Source of the DNA: Candidatus Latescibacterota bacterium
GTDB lineage: Bacteria > Latescibacterota > UBA2968 > UBA8231
Length of the DNA stretch: 64,000 nucleotides
Reading direction: 5' to 3'
Assembly: GCA_965197905.1 (NCBI GenBank)
Contig: CBDAOB010000005.1
Span: 224,001-288,000 of the forward strand
Shown in pieces: positions 9,828 to 20,207 of this stretch. Made by a program: the position numbers and the translations under genes. The notes under the pieces are model-generated. The model was given only the letters and a program-made list of their open reading frames with translations. It was not told the DNA's origin and did no database searches. Numbering within the stretch: position 1 is the first letter of the stretch; the number at the start of each line of letters is the position of its first letter.

Positions 9828-10901
9828 TCAGACGATCCGCTGCGCCTGTTCCTGCGCTTCCAGACAAAGCTGGGCTGCCATAAAGGTGTGTTCCTGGGTC
9901 ATCGCCTTTTCGGTGCCGTTGAGACAGTCGAGAATCAGCTGGCCGAAGTACGGGAATCCCACCTTGCCGGTGACCGGGAAATGCTGCTCTGACTCCCCAT
10001 TCACCAGAAAGACCTGATTGCCCTCCGGGTCGCGTGCTACGTCCAGATACTTGCGCATCTCGATATATCCTTCGGTGCCGAGAACGAAGGTGCGCCCATC
10101 TCCCCAAGCAGCAAGGCCTTCCGGCGTGAACCAGTCGACGCGGAAGTAGCAGGTTGCTCCGTTATCGGCAACGAGGTTGGCCTCGCCGAAATCCTCCAGC
10201 TCCGGATAGTCGGGGTTGTTGTAGTTCGCCACCTGACTATGCACCACACGAGCGCTTTTGGCGCCGGCGTAAGACAGGAACTGCTCCGCCTGGTGGCTGC
10301 CGATATCGCACAGGATGCCGCCGTAGTCTTCCCGTTGGAAAAACCAGGGTGGGCGGGTGTCGGCACGCAGCCTGTGGGGCCCGGTGCCGAGCACCTGAAG
10401 CACACGACCGATGGCTCCCGCCTCGATCAGCTGCCCGGCAAACACCGCCGCTTCGTTCTGCAGTCGTTCGCTGTAGCAAACCGCCCAGATCAATCCGGTG
10501 CCGGCTACCTTGTCGCGGGCATCGGCCAGCTGTTGCAGCGTCGTAAAGGGCGCCTTGTCGCTGAAGTAATGTTTCCCGTGGTCCATCACCCGCAAGCCCA
10601 ATGGGCCCCGCTGCGAGGTTACCGCCGCGCTGGCCACCAGCTGAATCGAGTTGTCATCAAATATCTCACGTTCAGACGCGGCAATCTGCGCCGTCGGAAA
10701 ACTGCGGCGGAAGGATTCGATTTTCTCCGGGTCGGGATCGTAGACCGCAACGATTTCGGCGCCCGCATCCTCCAGACCGCCACACATGCCATTGATATGC
10801 CCGTGGTCCAGCCCAATGGCAGCACAGCGAAAATCTCCGTTCGCACACACCGGTTTTGGTTTCGCGCGTGGGGCGTAGTTCATGCCATCGCTGGCGTTCA
10901 A
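9828..10901 (-). CDS. Gfo/Idh/MocA family oxidoreductase
   Basis: GLDHGHI, DKAP, GGILCDIGSH, VDWFTP.GL..WGDGR. Confidence 0.9.
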   Translation of the reverse strand: MNASDGMNYAPRAKPKPVCANGDFRCAAIGLDHGHINGMCGGLEDAGAEIVAVYDPDPEKIESFRRSFPTAQIAASEREIFDDNSIQLVASAAVTSQRGPLGLRVMDHGKHYFSDKAPFTTLQQLADARDKVAGTGLIWAVCYSERLQNEAAVFAGQLIEAGAIGRVLQVLGTGPHRLRADTRPPWFFQREDYGGILCDIGSHQAEQFLSYAGAKSARVVHSQVANYNNPDYPELEDFGEANLVADNGATCYFRVDWFTPEGLAAWGDGRTFVLGTEGYIEMRKYLDVARDPEGNQVFLVNGESEQHFPVTGKVGFPYFGQLILDCLNGTEKAMTQEHTFMAAQLCLEAQEQAQRIV

Positions 10902-10944
10902 CTATCTGCCCCTCGACCATCGGGATCGGTAAGCAGCTGAGCAA

Positions 10945-12507
10945 TCAGGCAACATAAACGGCGTAGAGCCTGGCGTCCTCCGGCCGGACGCCGTTCCAAT
11001 TGACCCGTACCCGCACCGGGTGATCGAAGTGACCGATCGTGTCGCCTTGCTTCCATACAACCCGCTGTCGCAGGCCGTCCTCACTGACGAGGACACAGTC
11101 GTTTCCGGAGTAACCCGATATGGGGCGGAATTCCAGGTCGAGAAGTTCGACCCGCAGCTGGCTATACTCCCCCAGGCCGTCGACGTTCACGAACACTCCG
11201 GCATCTTCCTTGCCGGCATGCACCGGACAAGAGATGGTGTGGGGTTCCACCGGGATGTCCTTGTAGCCCTGTCCCTGAAAAATCGGTCTCGAAACGGCGG
11301 AGAAGAAACCGAGCCGGTCCCGGGGCCAGGTGGCGATGCGCACCATGCCGCGGGGGGGATACTCCCAGCTGGTGTAAAAATGCAGCGTGCGCTCGCCGAC
11401 ATTCGCCGTGGCGGCTTGCATGATCTTCGACCCGGCGCCCAGCCCGGGATTCAACAGAGGGGACTCCTCGAAGCAGGGCACGATCTTGAAGTCGGGGATC
11501 GGCTCGCGGTAATGCATCGCATCGTGGCTCACCAACAACCCCAGGTCCATGGTGGCGTAGAGGCGATCGTTGCTCTCGTTGTGGTACATGCCGTAGATGC
11601 CGAGGATCACGTTCCCGCGGTTCCACAGGGCGGCACCTTGGTGCACCTGTTCTCCCCGATGCCACTCGAAATCGGGAATCGCGCGTGGCGGAACAGGATC
11701 GCGCCGAAAGCTCGGCACCGCCGCCTGGGTCCACGTTTCGAAATCGTAACTCGCCCAGGTGATCATCTCGCGTTTGGAAGCCCCGTCCACCGGATGCGGG
11801 ATGGTCTTGTTGAACGGTCCGGGTCCGCCCTGTCCGTTGAGATACCAGCAGCCTTTGAACTTGATCGGTGGCGCGGGCTCGACGCCGTGTCCCACCACCT
11901 TTCCCTTGGTCCAGCTCACCCCATCGGCGCTGAAATGGACCCTCAAGCGCATCAACTCTCCCATGCTGATCATCTTGAACCGCTTGGATGGATCCGGGTC
12001 CTCCGGGTCGTAGGCGACGTACCAGCCATTCTCCCCATCCACATCCACAAGATTGTTCTCCTTGTTGCCGTTGTATTCCACCAAGCCCAGCTTCGGTTTT
12101 TCCCAGTTGATGCCGTCCTTGCTGGTGGCATAGGCGAGTCGTCGCGTGGGATCTACCGGATCGCCACCACCCCAGTATGGAGGCGCCGCGCCCGGGTCCT
12201 TGTTGCCGCGGGCGTAATACCATATCTGATATTCCCCCTCGACCTCCAGCACCGTCGGAAAGACGATCTCCTTGCTGTCGCAATCGTCCTCGCCACCCAC
12301 CTGCACCACCGGATCGCCCGGATGATCCGGGTCGTAGCTGGCGCCTTCGCGATAGTCGTGAGGTTTCCGGCTTCCTGGGATCAGGTTTAACAGCACGTCC
12401 TTGCGGAAAGGGAGGCTGTAGTCGTCGAACGGAAACAGGACCGCCTCTTCCACCTCGAAAGATGAGGAACTGGACTCTACGACGATGAGCGGGTGCGTGG
12501 GTGGCAT
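10945..12507 (-). CDS. Hypothetical beta-propeller glycoside-hydrolase-like protein
   Basis: YATSKDGINWEKP and SADGVSW Asp-box-like blades; C-terminal module ending ARLYA. Confidence 0.6.
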   Translation of the reverse strand: MPPTHPLIVVESSSSSFEVEEAVLFPFDDYSLPFRKDVLLNLIPGSRKPHDYREGASYDPDHPGDPVVQVGGEDDCDSKEIVFPTVLEVEGEYQIWYYARGNKDPGAAPPYWGGGDPVDPTRRLAYATSKDGINWEKPKLGLVEYNGNKENNLVDVDGENGWYVAYDPEDPDPSKRFKMISMGELMRLRVHFSADGVSWTKGKVVGHGVEPAPPIKFKGCWYLNGQGGPGPFNKTIPHPVDGASKREMITWASYDFETWTQAAVPSFRRDPVPPRAIPDFEWHRGEQVHQGAALWNRGNVILGIYGMYHNESNDRLYATMDLGLLVSHDAMHYREPIPDFKIVPCFEESPLLNPGLGAGSKIMQAATANVGERTLHFYTSWEYPPRGMVRIATWPRDRLGFFSAVSRPIFQGQGYKDIPVEPHTISCPVHAGKEDAGVFVNVDGLGEYSQLRVELLDLEFRPISGYSGNDCVLVSEDGLRQRVVWKQGDTIGHFDHPVRVRVNWNGVRPEDARLYAVYVA

Positions 12508-12592
12508 TGGGTGGATCCTTTCTAATATCCCTTGCGAGGGAGCATACGGGCTGCGTCGACGGCTGTCATAACGGGCTCTCGCGGATCTGCAT

Positions 12593-15169
12593 TTACAGGT
12601 TTTCCACCAGATTCACTTCGCGACAAGAGAGTTGTCCACGGTTTTTCGTTAACCTCAAGCTCTTTAACCCGTAGGCGCCAATCGTGGTTTTGATCCGCTT
12701 GCGAAATCCGTGAACCCTTACACCGATTTCGGTAGCGCGTCCGTCCACCTCCTGCAGGCGGACGATCAAACCATTGCCCTTTTCGGCCTTCTTCAATGCC
12801 GTGATCTGCACGTTGCTGCGGTCGAGCTGCACCGTGTGCGCGATGTTGCGCAACGCCGCCGCCCGCTGGGTGCGGCCATCGGGATAGAACACCTGATAGT
12901 AGGGGGCTGAGTTGAACGCGGTCGCCGCCTGGGATACCTCGTGCTCTACGAATCGGCGGCCGAAGAGGAACCGGAAGCCGACCTCATGCTCGCCCTGGTC
13001 GTGTCGGGGCAGAAACCGGTGGTCACCCCAGACATCTCCCGGGGTGATACGCATGGATGCGTACGCCGGGGAGCGCAAAATGTTCAGGCAAAGATGGCTC
13101 TGGGTCAGATTGTGGGCGCAGCTTCCCGTGGTCAGCGCGGCGACATACCCATCGACGCCCCGTGCCACGACCCAGCGCTGATTCGTGTGTTCCTCGTAGC
13201 GTCGCGTCGGTTTGCGTCGAACGGCGCTGTACGGCGCTTCGGAAATCGATTCGCTTGGCGCGAATCCCAGCGGTATGTCGAGCTTCAGCATCTGGTCCTT
13301 GTGGTTGAACAGGACCCGGTCCCTGATTTCGAAGGAACCCGCCTTCTTACCGAACACGTAGTTGCGCACGATAACAGAAGGGCCGCAGACAAACATCGCT
13401 TCTACTACGGTGCAAATGGGGCCGTCTTCCACAATACGCAGCGGAAGCGCGGCGGTGGTCCGGTTTCCCAGCCACTTGTCGGTGGCCAGAGGTGAGATCT
13501 CCGCCGCTTCCTTCGCTGTGGCCAGACGAAAACGTGCCGCAGGTTTGGTCCAGGCCGGCGCCTGCGACCAGACCCCTCGGGGTTCGATGTTGTCGATCTG
13601 GTCCGGATCGCCGCAGGTCCAGCTGTGGTCTAGGTCGTTGAAGAGCACCGGGCGAAAAGCGCCGGGTTTTACGAGCGACTTTCGCGACCCGATATCTACA
13701 TGGTCCACGAGTCCGGTTTTGGGGTTGAGCTGAATCGTCAGTTTTCCGGATTGAAGACGAAGAGCGCGGCGGGTCGGCTGCGGCCGCCGCGGTTTGGGCA
13801 GCCGCTCGACGACGCGATAGCTCGCGTCGAGCCGCAGCATTTCCCACGGCGCGAGGTCGACCTGCACCGCTAGGCGAGTGCGCCACTGGCGCCCAATGTT
13901 GTTCTCGGCTTTGATCACCTGGAACGGATATCTCCTGCCGTTTCTGCGCAGGATGATTTCGCCCGCCGCGCTGAAGCTCTGGGCCAGGTTGTATTCGAAC
14001 TCGACCACCGACTTTACCCGGAAGCCGTGGGGATTGGCGATGAATACGGGGACTTCGCCTTCACCGGCTTTGGCGTCGAGCTTGAGAATCTGCAGCATGG
14101 TTTCGAGTCGGGTGCGCCGCAGCTTCTCCTGGGCATGACCCATCATCATCAGGGTGTCTTTCTCGGCGGCGGGCACACACGAACCGGGAAGTATGTCGTG
14201 GAACTCGCAGAATAGGATATCTCTCCAGGCCACATCGAGATAGGGTGCCGGGTAGGGCGCCAACCCCTGCCACCACGCCAGGGCGCAGAGGTTTTCCGTA
14301 CTTCGCATCAGGCTCTCGGCCGCGCGGTGAGCGCGTTTGACGCGGCTCATCGAGGTATAGCAACCGGGGAAGCTGTGCTCGATCTCGCCGTTGACGACGG
14401 GCAGTTTCGCCGTTCTCTTACGCACCTCGGTAAAGAATTGCTCCGGGGTGGAATGCAACCACTGGTACTCCGGATGCTCCTTCATGTAACGCTGAAGATC
14501 GACGAACTCCTCCCGCGACACCCCGCCACCGTGGTTACCCACCCCCCATAGGATCATCGTCTCCGGTTCGAGCTCGTAGTGCGGCAGCCATCTGTCGAGG
14601 ATGTCGCGAATCCCGGAGTTACTCAGATAGTGATCGTCGCTACGACGGGTGACGATTTCGGCGCCGGAGCGATCACGCCAGCGGAAGGCGCCAAGGGGTA
14701 GGTCGTGGGTGCCGTAATCGGGCCGGCAAAAGATGTAGGAGTTCATGCCGCAGCCGTTGAGGATCTGCGCGAACCCTTCCGGGTGTCCAAACGGATCGAA
14801 GTTGTACGCGGTTCGCGGCCTGGCTCCGAACTTCTCCTTGAAATAGCTCAAGCCTAGCAGGAATTGCCGAATGTGGCTCTCGCCGTGGGGATTGTTGACG
14901 TCGGGCTGCAGGTACGCGCCTCCTGAAATGTGCCAGCGACCCGCGGCAACAAGATCCCGTATGCGGTCAAACAGGGGCGGATCGTGCTGCTCGATCCAAC
15001 GGTAGAGCAAGGCTTCGTTGTGGTTGAAGACAAAACCACGATGCGACTCACAGAAATCAGCGGCGATGCGAAAGGTCGATATCGCTTCGGTCAGACCATC
15101 CTCCCAGTGCCACAGCCAGACCGGATCGAGATGAGCGTTACAAACGAGATGGATCTTCTTCTTGGGCAT
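12593..15169 (-). CDS. Alpha-mannosidase, GH38
   Basis: NAHLDPVWLW, DPFGH nucleophile motif, GVGNHGGG, EFHDILPGS; start moved to ATG 15169. Confidence 0.9.
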   Translation of the reverse strand: MPKKKIHLVCNAHLDPVWLWHWEDGLTEAISTFRIAADFCESHRGFVFNHNEALLYRWIEQHDPPLFDRIRDLVAAGRWHISGGAYLQPDVNNPHGESHIRQFLLGLSYFKEKFGARPRTAYNFDPFGHPEGFAQILNGCGMNSYIFCRPDYGTHDLPLGAFRWRDRSGAEIVTRRSDDHYLSNSGIRDILDRWLPHYELEPETMILWGVGNHGGGVSREEFVDLQRYMKEHPEYQWLHSTPEQFFTEVRKRTAKLPVVNGEIEHSFPGCYTSMSRVKRAHRAAESLMRSTENLCALAWWQGLAPYPAPYLDVAWRDILFCEFHDILPGSCVPAAEKDTLMMMGHAQEKLRRTRLETMLQILKLDAKAGEGEVPVFIANPHGFRVKSVVEFEYNLAQSFSAAGEIILRRNGRRYPFQVIKAENNIGRQWRTRLAVQVDLAPWEMLRLDASYRVVERLPKPRRPQPTRRALRLQSGKLTIQLNPKTGLVDHVDIGSRKSLVKPGAFRPVLFNDLDHSWTCGDPDQIDNIEPRGVWSQAPAWTKPAARFRLATAKEAAEISPLATDKWLGNRTTAALPLRIVEDGPICTVVEAMFVCGPSVIVRNYVFGKKAGSFEIRDRVLFNHKDQMLKLDIPLGFAPSESISEAPYSAVRRKPTRRYEEHTNQRWVVARGVDGYVAALTTGSCAHNLTQSHLCLNILRSPAYASMRITPGDVWGDHRFLPRHDQGEHEVGFRFLFGRRFVEHEVSQAATAFNSAPYYQVFYPDGRTQRAAALRNIAHTVQLDRSNVQITALKKAEKGNGLIVRLQEVDGRATEIGVRVHGFRKRIKTTIGAYGLKSLRLTKNRGQLSCREVNLVENL

Positions 15170-15295
15170 GACTTTTCGTTGCGGTTGGGGTGAGACGAGA
15201 GTTGGCGGCACCTATAGTACGCGGGCCGCGACCCGGCTGCAAGCGGCGGTATTTACTTGAAAAAAGCGTCCAAACCGCATTCAATTATAGAGTCA

Positions 15296-15321
15296 GCTAT
15301 AGCGACAGCTGTCGCTATAGC
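15296..15321. promoter_or_regulatory. Perfect 26-bp palindrome in divergent promoter region (candidate operator)
   Basis: GCTATAGCGACAGCTGTCGCTATAGC equals its own reverse complement. Confidence 0.5.
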
Positions 15322-15369
15322 CGGGATTACACAGGGCTCAAATTATTTGGTCTGAGGCCGACGAAAATT

Positions 15370-18300
15370 ATGATGCGTACTGTTGCGACATTGCTGCTGA
15401 TCCTCGCGGTCTCCAGCTCGGGGGTCAGTGCCTCCGACCTGTTCGAGATCGGGTCTGCCGAAACGGTTGCCGGAGGCGGGACCGGCACCGGCGGGCCCGC
15501 CCGGGCGGCGAGCCTTCTGCCGCTGGGCGTGGCGGCTGGTCCAGGCGACGAAGCCGATCGTCTCTACATCGCCGATTCCGGGAACGGGCGTATTCGCAGA
15601 TTGGACGCCGACGGCCGAATGCACACGGTTGCCGGCAACGGCTCGACCTTTCCTCTCGACGCAGGTGGGCCGGCGCTGGACACGGCACTCTTGATGCCGG
15701 TAGAGGTGAAGATCGATCACCGCGGCCGCTTGCTGATCGCCGACGGCGAGGCCAATCGGATATTCCGCATGGGCGAGGATGGTTTCCTGTCGGTGGTAGC
15801 CGGGAACGGATCGCGAGGCGCGGCCCAGGATGGCAGCCTCGCCGACGCAGCCGAACTGGGCCGGCCACTCGGCTTCGTGCCGGATGGCTCCGGCGGCGTG
15901 TTTATCTCGGACACCGAGAACCATCGGCTGCTGCATGCGGATCGAGAGGGGATTCTGCGGGTGCTGGCTTCGGGGTTCGTGCGTCCCGCACGTCTTTTCC
16001 TGGATGCGGACGGCGCGCTGCTGGTGGCCGAAGCGGGCCGCAACGAGATCAAACGCCTCACCGTCGATCGCCTGGTAGAACCGCCCCGCGAACGTGTAAC
16101 TGTTCCGCAAGGTTACGTGGTTCGCACTCTTGCCGCGCTGCCGGTTCCCAAGCTACTCGAAGTGGTATATCATCGGGATGAGGGGCGCATATACATCACC
16201 CATGCCCGCGGCATCGAATGGATGCAGGACGGGGGTCGGCGCAACGCGTTTGCAGAATTCCTTGTCCCCAGATACAGCAGCACGTCTGCCAGGTCCGGTC
16301 TGATTGTGGGCACCGCTTCCTTCATCGATTGGCCGCAACCGCTGACCAACATTCGCCCGGACGGGGAATTGAATCCGTTGTATCTGCCGGTGCCTCTGTC
16401 CTTTGCCGGCGCCGACGCGATCACCCGAGGGCAAGGAGGCAACCTCGGGAACGATCTTTTCGTCCACCACGTCCGCGGCGAGGTTACCAGGGTCGCCGAG
16501 AACGAGATCGCGGCGTGGCCCTTTGCGCTGATCGAGCCGGGGACCGCAAAGATCCAGGCAATACCAGACGGCAGTCTCTACGCCGTTCTGAGCCGATCCC
16601 GGAGCCTGTGGAGGCTGACCGATCAGGATGGCGACGGCGAGATTCTGGGGCGAGAGGCACGGGTAGTAGCCGCGTTCGACCGTGAACCGGTGGCGCTGGC
16701 TTACGACAACGGACTCTTTGCCGCCACCGGGGACGGCCGCATCTACCAGATCACCGAAGGTGGAGAGATCTCCCTCTTCGCCTCGGGGTTTGCGGAGGCA
16801 GTCATCGATATCAGTCCGGCCCCGGGCGGTGGGCTGCTGGTTCTGGAGGGTGACGCCCTTGCCGGCCGCCTGCTGCTCCTCTCTCCCCCGCAGCCGGTGG
16901 TGGCGAGCTGGCCCAGCCAGGTCGATTACGGCCGCGTTCAACTCGGGAATCCCGTCGCCGCCTCCCTCATCCTTCGCAACGAGGGAGACCGCGGTGTGGA
17001 GTTGACGGCTAGTCCAGGTCCTGGAGTGCACGTTGGTTCCGAGCGTATCGTGCTTGCCGCGGGGGAACACCGCTCCGTCACCGCCGAGCTTGCGCCCTGG
17101 ATCAAAGGGCCCAACGCCAGCTACCTGGAATTCTCCGACGGCGAGGGCCAGCTGTTGCTATCGGTGCCACTGCTCGCCGAGGGCATCGCCCCGCGCTTGA
17201 GGGTGACCCCCCGCGTCGACTTCGGCACGGTTCTCCTGGGATCCAGAGTGCGACGATCCCTGGTGCTGCACAACGATGGCGAAGCGGGACTGCTCGTACG
17301 GCTGCAGCTGGCACCCGACCACGGTTTCCAGACCGGTGCCGCCGAGTACCCCGAGATTCCTCCTGGATCCTCTCTGACCGTCGACATCAGCTGGTTGCCC
17401 GAGCAGCGTCGCGCACCCACCGGTCAGCTACTGATCTCGAGCAACGATCCGGATCATCCCACCAGGACAGTCGAGCTCTCCGGCTTCGGTGGGATTCCAC
17501 AGCTCCGGGGACTCCCTGAATCGATTCAACTCGGTGCGGTTAAGGTCGGGGAGACCGAGCGCCAGAAACTGGAGTTGAAGAACGAAGGCGAGATGGATCT
17601 GTGGATCACCCAGATCCTGACCGGGGAGCGCGAGCTGAGGGTATCCCCGAGTCATCTGCAGATACCGCCGGGTGAAACCCGGTTGTTAGAGCTCACCTAT
17701 CGGCCCCGCGCTCACGGTGCGCTGGCGGGTGAGTTCTTTCTGCGCACCACCGACCCGAAGCATCGCGAGGTTCGCGTCGATTACGCCGGGCGGGGGTTGA
17801 GCTCCTTCCTGGCGTTGCCGGCAGGACCTCTGCTGTTCGCCGCCACGGCGTTGGGCCAGGTCAGCGAGCTTTCGTTCCCAATATCCAATGAGAGTTCCGC
17901 AGCCATCGCGATCCGGCAGGTCCAGACCAACAGCACTCAGTACCGGGTCACCGGTTTTCCGTCACGTCTTGAACCGGGAGCCGCTGGGTCGGTCGATGTC
18001 GAGTTTCGACCCGTGCGCCTGGGAGATGTCAGCGGGGAATTGACCCTGACTACGGAAGGTGCCGCCACCGAAAACCTGCGTATCGATCTGCAGGGCCGCA
18101 GTCATCCCGGTTCGCAACTCTTCCTCGAATGGGAGGGACCGTCGGTGGCTCCTGGATCCGAGTTCGAGGTAGTTTTGACCCTCGCCCATGCGTATCGGCT
18201 GGTGGGCATGGTGATCGAGCTCTCCTTGCCTCTCGAGCAGGTAGAGTTTCTAGGGGTGCGGTGGCCACGCAACGGACTCTTCGGAGACGAGGAACCGCCA

Positions 18301-19011
18301 CTGGTGATTCACCAGCAGACAGGACCCGACCGGGTCGAGTTCGGATTCTCCCAGACCGGCGTATCAGCCTTCGACGGAGTCAGCGGCGGTGGCGAGCTGG
18401 GGCGCCTGCGATTTCGGCTGCGCCCGGGCGCGCATGGAAAAATCGAGATTCGGGTCCCAAGGGCCGTCTACCGCTCGTCACAGGGCCGCGCCGACGATCT
18501 GCCCCAGGACGCCCGCGTCTCCGTGCCCGTGTTGCGGACCGGCGATTTCGATGCGGACGGCCGCGTGGATTTCGATGACTTCCTGGTGCTGATGGACAAC
18601 CTGGGCACCGACTCGTTGCCAGGGATACAGATCTACGACCTGAACGGTGACGGACAGGTATCGTTGGACGACGTCTTCGTACTCTTCGCCAACATGGAAT
18701 CGGCCGCCAAGGCGCTGGCGCGGGAACAGTTGCCGCTGAGCTTCGGTCTGAACGCCTATCCCAATCCATTCAATGCCGAACTCGCGCTCGAGTATCGGCT
18801 GCCGGGTGAACAACAGGTTCAGCTGGTGATCTTCAACACCCTCGGCCAGCGAGTCCGTCACCTGGAATCGGGGCGGCGGCAGCGCGGCATTCACCAGGTC
18901 ACCTGGGACGGCCGTGACGACTCGGGACGGGAGGTAACCTCCGGTCTTTACATCGCCACCCTCCGCGGCACCCGGGAACGCATCAGCAGGCGGCTGCTTC
19001 TCGTTCGCTGA
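15370..19011 (+). CDS. Exported multidomain protein: NHL repeats, Ig-like (ASH/choice-of-anchor D) repeats, cohesin-like, dockerin/EF-hand, FlgD-Ig C-terminal domain
   Basis: Signal peptide; LYIADSGNGRIRR NHL repeats; repeated DFG.V..G...L.L.N.G; GDFDADGRVDFDDF/DLNGDGQVSLDD; AYPNPFN..IFNTLGQ..WDG.D..G..SG.Y. Confidence 0.85.
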   Translation: MMRTVATLLLILAVSSSGVSASDLFEIGSAETVAGGGTGTGGPARAASLLPLGVAAGPGDEADRLYIADSGNGRIRRLDADGRMHTVAGNGSTFPLDAGGPALDTALLMPVEVKIDHRGRLLIADGEANRIFRMGEDGFLSVVAGNGSRGAAQDGSLADAAELGRPLGFVPDGSGGVFISDTENHRLLHADREGILRVLASGFVRPARLFLDADGALLVAEAGRNEIKRLTVDRLVEPPRERVTVPQGYVVRTLAALPVPKLLEVVYHRDEGRIYITHARGIEWMQDGGRRNAFAEFLVPRYSSTSARSGLIVGTASFIDWPQPLTNIRPDGELNPLYLPVPLSFAGADAITRGQGGNLGNDLFVHHVRGEVTRVAENEIAAWPFALIEPGTAKIQAIPDGSLYAVLSRSRSLWRLTDQDGDGEILGREARVVAAFDREPVALAYDNGLFAATGDGRIYQITEGGEISLFASGFAEAVIDISPAPGGGLLVLEGDALAGRLLLLSPPQPVVASWPSQVDYGRVQLGNPVAASLILRNEGDRGVELTASPGPGVHVGSERIVLAAGEHRSVTAELAPWIKGPNASYLEFSDGEGQLLLSVPLLAEGIAPRLRVTPRVDFGTVLLGSRVRRSLVLHNDGEAGLLVRLQLAPDHGFQTGAAEYPEIPPGSSLTVDISWLPEQRRAPTGQLLISSNDPDHPTRTVELSGFGGIPQLRGLPESIQLGAVKVGETERQKLELKNEGEMDLWITQILTGERELRVSPSHLQIPPGETRLLELTYRPRAHGALAGEFFLRTTDPKHREVRVDYAGRGLSSFLALPAGPLLFAATALGQVSELSFPISNESSAAIAIRQVQTNSTQYRVTGFPSRLEPGAAGSVDVEFRPVRLGDVSGELTLTTEGAATENLRIDLQGRSHPGSQLFLEWEGPSVAPGSEFEVVLTLAHAYRLVGMVIELSLPLEQVEFLGVRWPRNGLFGDEEPPLVIHQQTGPDRVEFGFSQTGVSAFDGVSGGGELGRLRFRLRPGAHGKIEIRVPRAVYRSSQGRADDLPQDARVSVPVLRTGDFDADGRVDFDDFLVLMDNLGTDSLPGIQIYDLNGDGQVSLDDVFVLFANMESAAKALAREQLPLSFGLNAYPNPFNAELALEYRLPGEQQVQLVIFNTLGQRVRHLESGRRQRGIHQVTWDGRDDSGREVTSGLYIATLRGTRERISRRLLLVR

Positions 19012-19017
19012 CGGCGC

Positions 19018-20175
19018 ATGCTTCGCACCATACCTATTCTGCTGCTGAGCGGACTCTGGTACACAGCCTGCAGTCCGGGGGGTTCCACCATCCAGACGGA
19101 ACACCTCGCGCCAGGTGTAGATCACCACGAGATCCATCTGCTCGCCGGCCCGTGGTGGATTCATGTCATCGAAGTCGACCTGAAACGGGCACTGCGCGAG
19201 GGCATTCGCCTGGAGACGGCAAAAGCCGATTATCGGCACGGCGGCTTTCAACGGACCAGCAGCATGGCCGCAGCGGCAATTGCCGCGGTCAACGGCGACT
19301 ACTTCTATCAGCGGGGCCGGCCGCTCGGGTTGCAGATACGCCGGGGGGAGCTGCTGCAGGAGCCCCACCGCTTTTCATCGGCCCTGGCCTTGAGTGCCGC
19401 CGGTGAACCCCTGGTTGCCGTGTTCAAGCTGCGGGCAGGTCTGATAACACCTCGCGGCCAGGTCGTCACTATTTCCGGATTGAACCGCGAGCCAGCCGCT
19501 GACGGATTGACCCTTTACAATCGTTTCGGCAAGGCGTGGCAAGATTCGGTGCGGGCCGAGCTCGGTTTCCAGATGCAGCAGACCGGATCCGGGTCACCTA
19601 TCAACGATACCCTGTCGCTGCGGGTTACCCAGGTGCGCAGGAAGGGCTGGCCCCTCCGACTGGAATCCGGGCAATGGTTGCTCGCCGCCGGCGCCGATCA
19701 CGGCATCGGCGAAATCATGGCTCCCGGAGATACCATCCAATTGTTCTGCAACCTGCCTCCCGCCGACGAGAGATTGGGCGAAGCGATCGGTGGAGGTCCG
19801 AGAATCATTCGCGATGGTTCGGTCTCCATCGAATACGTCGCCGAACATCTGGATCAAACCTTCGCAACGGCGCGGCATCCGCGGACCGCCGTCGCCTACT
19901 CCAGGTTGGGGCGCACCCTGTTTCTGGTGACCGTCGACGGACGTCAGCCCGGGTACAGCGTGGGAATGAGTCTGGAAGAGCTGGCTGATTTCCTGCGCCA
20001 TCGGCTAGCCGAGTTCACCAGCTCCCGATCGAACGCACACCAGGCTTTAAATCTCGACGGAGGGGGTGCGACGACGGTGGTCGTCAACGGGCAGGTGGCG
20101 AATCGACCCTCCGATCCTACCGGAGAACGTCCCGTAGCCAACGCACTGCTTATCGTCCGCGAATCGGAACTATGA
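19018..20175 (+). CDS. Phosphodiester glycosidase (NAGPA) family lipoprotein
   Basis: AVNGDYF, GGGP, RHPRTAV, VDGRQ, ALNLDGGG, ERPVANAL. Confidence 0.85.
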   Translation: MLRTIPILLLSGLWYTACSPGGSTIQTEHLAPGVDHHEIHLLAGPWWIHVIEVDLKRALREGIRLETAKADYRHGGFQRTSSMAAAAIAAVNGDYFYQRGRPLGLQIRRGELLQEPHRFSSALALSAAGEPLVAVFKLRAGLITPRGQVVTISGLNREPAADGLTLYNRFGKAWQDSVRAELGFQMQQTGSGSPINDTLSLRVTQVRRKGWPLRLESGQWLLAAGADHGIGEIMAPGDTIQLFCNLPPADERLGEAIGGGPRIIRDGSVSIEYVAEHLDQTFATARHPRTAVAYSRLGRTLFLVTVDGRQPGYSVGMSLEELADFLRHRLAEFTSSRSNAHQALNLDGGGATTVVVNGQVANRPSDPTGERPVANALLIVRESEL

Positions 20176-20207
20176 AGAAACGCCCCACTTGATTCTGCGA
20201 CAGCTGA

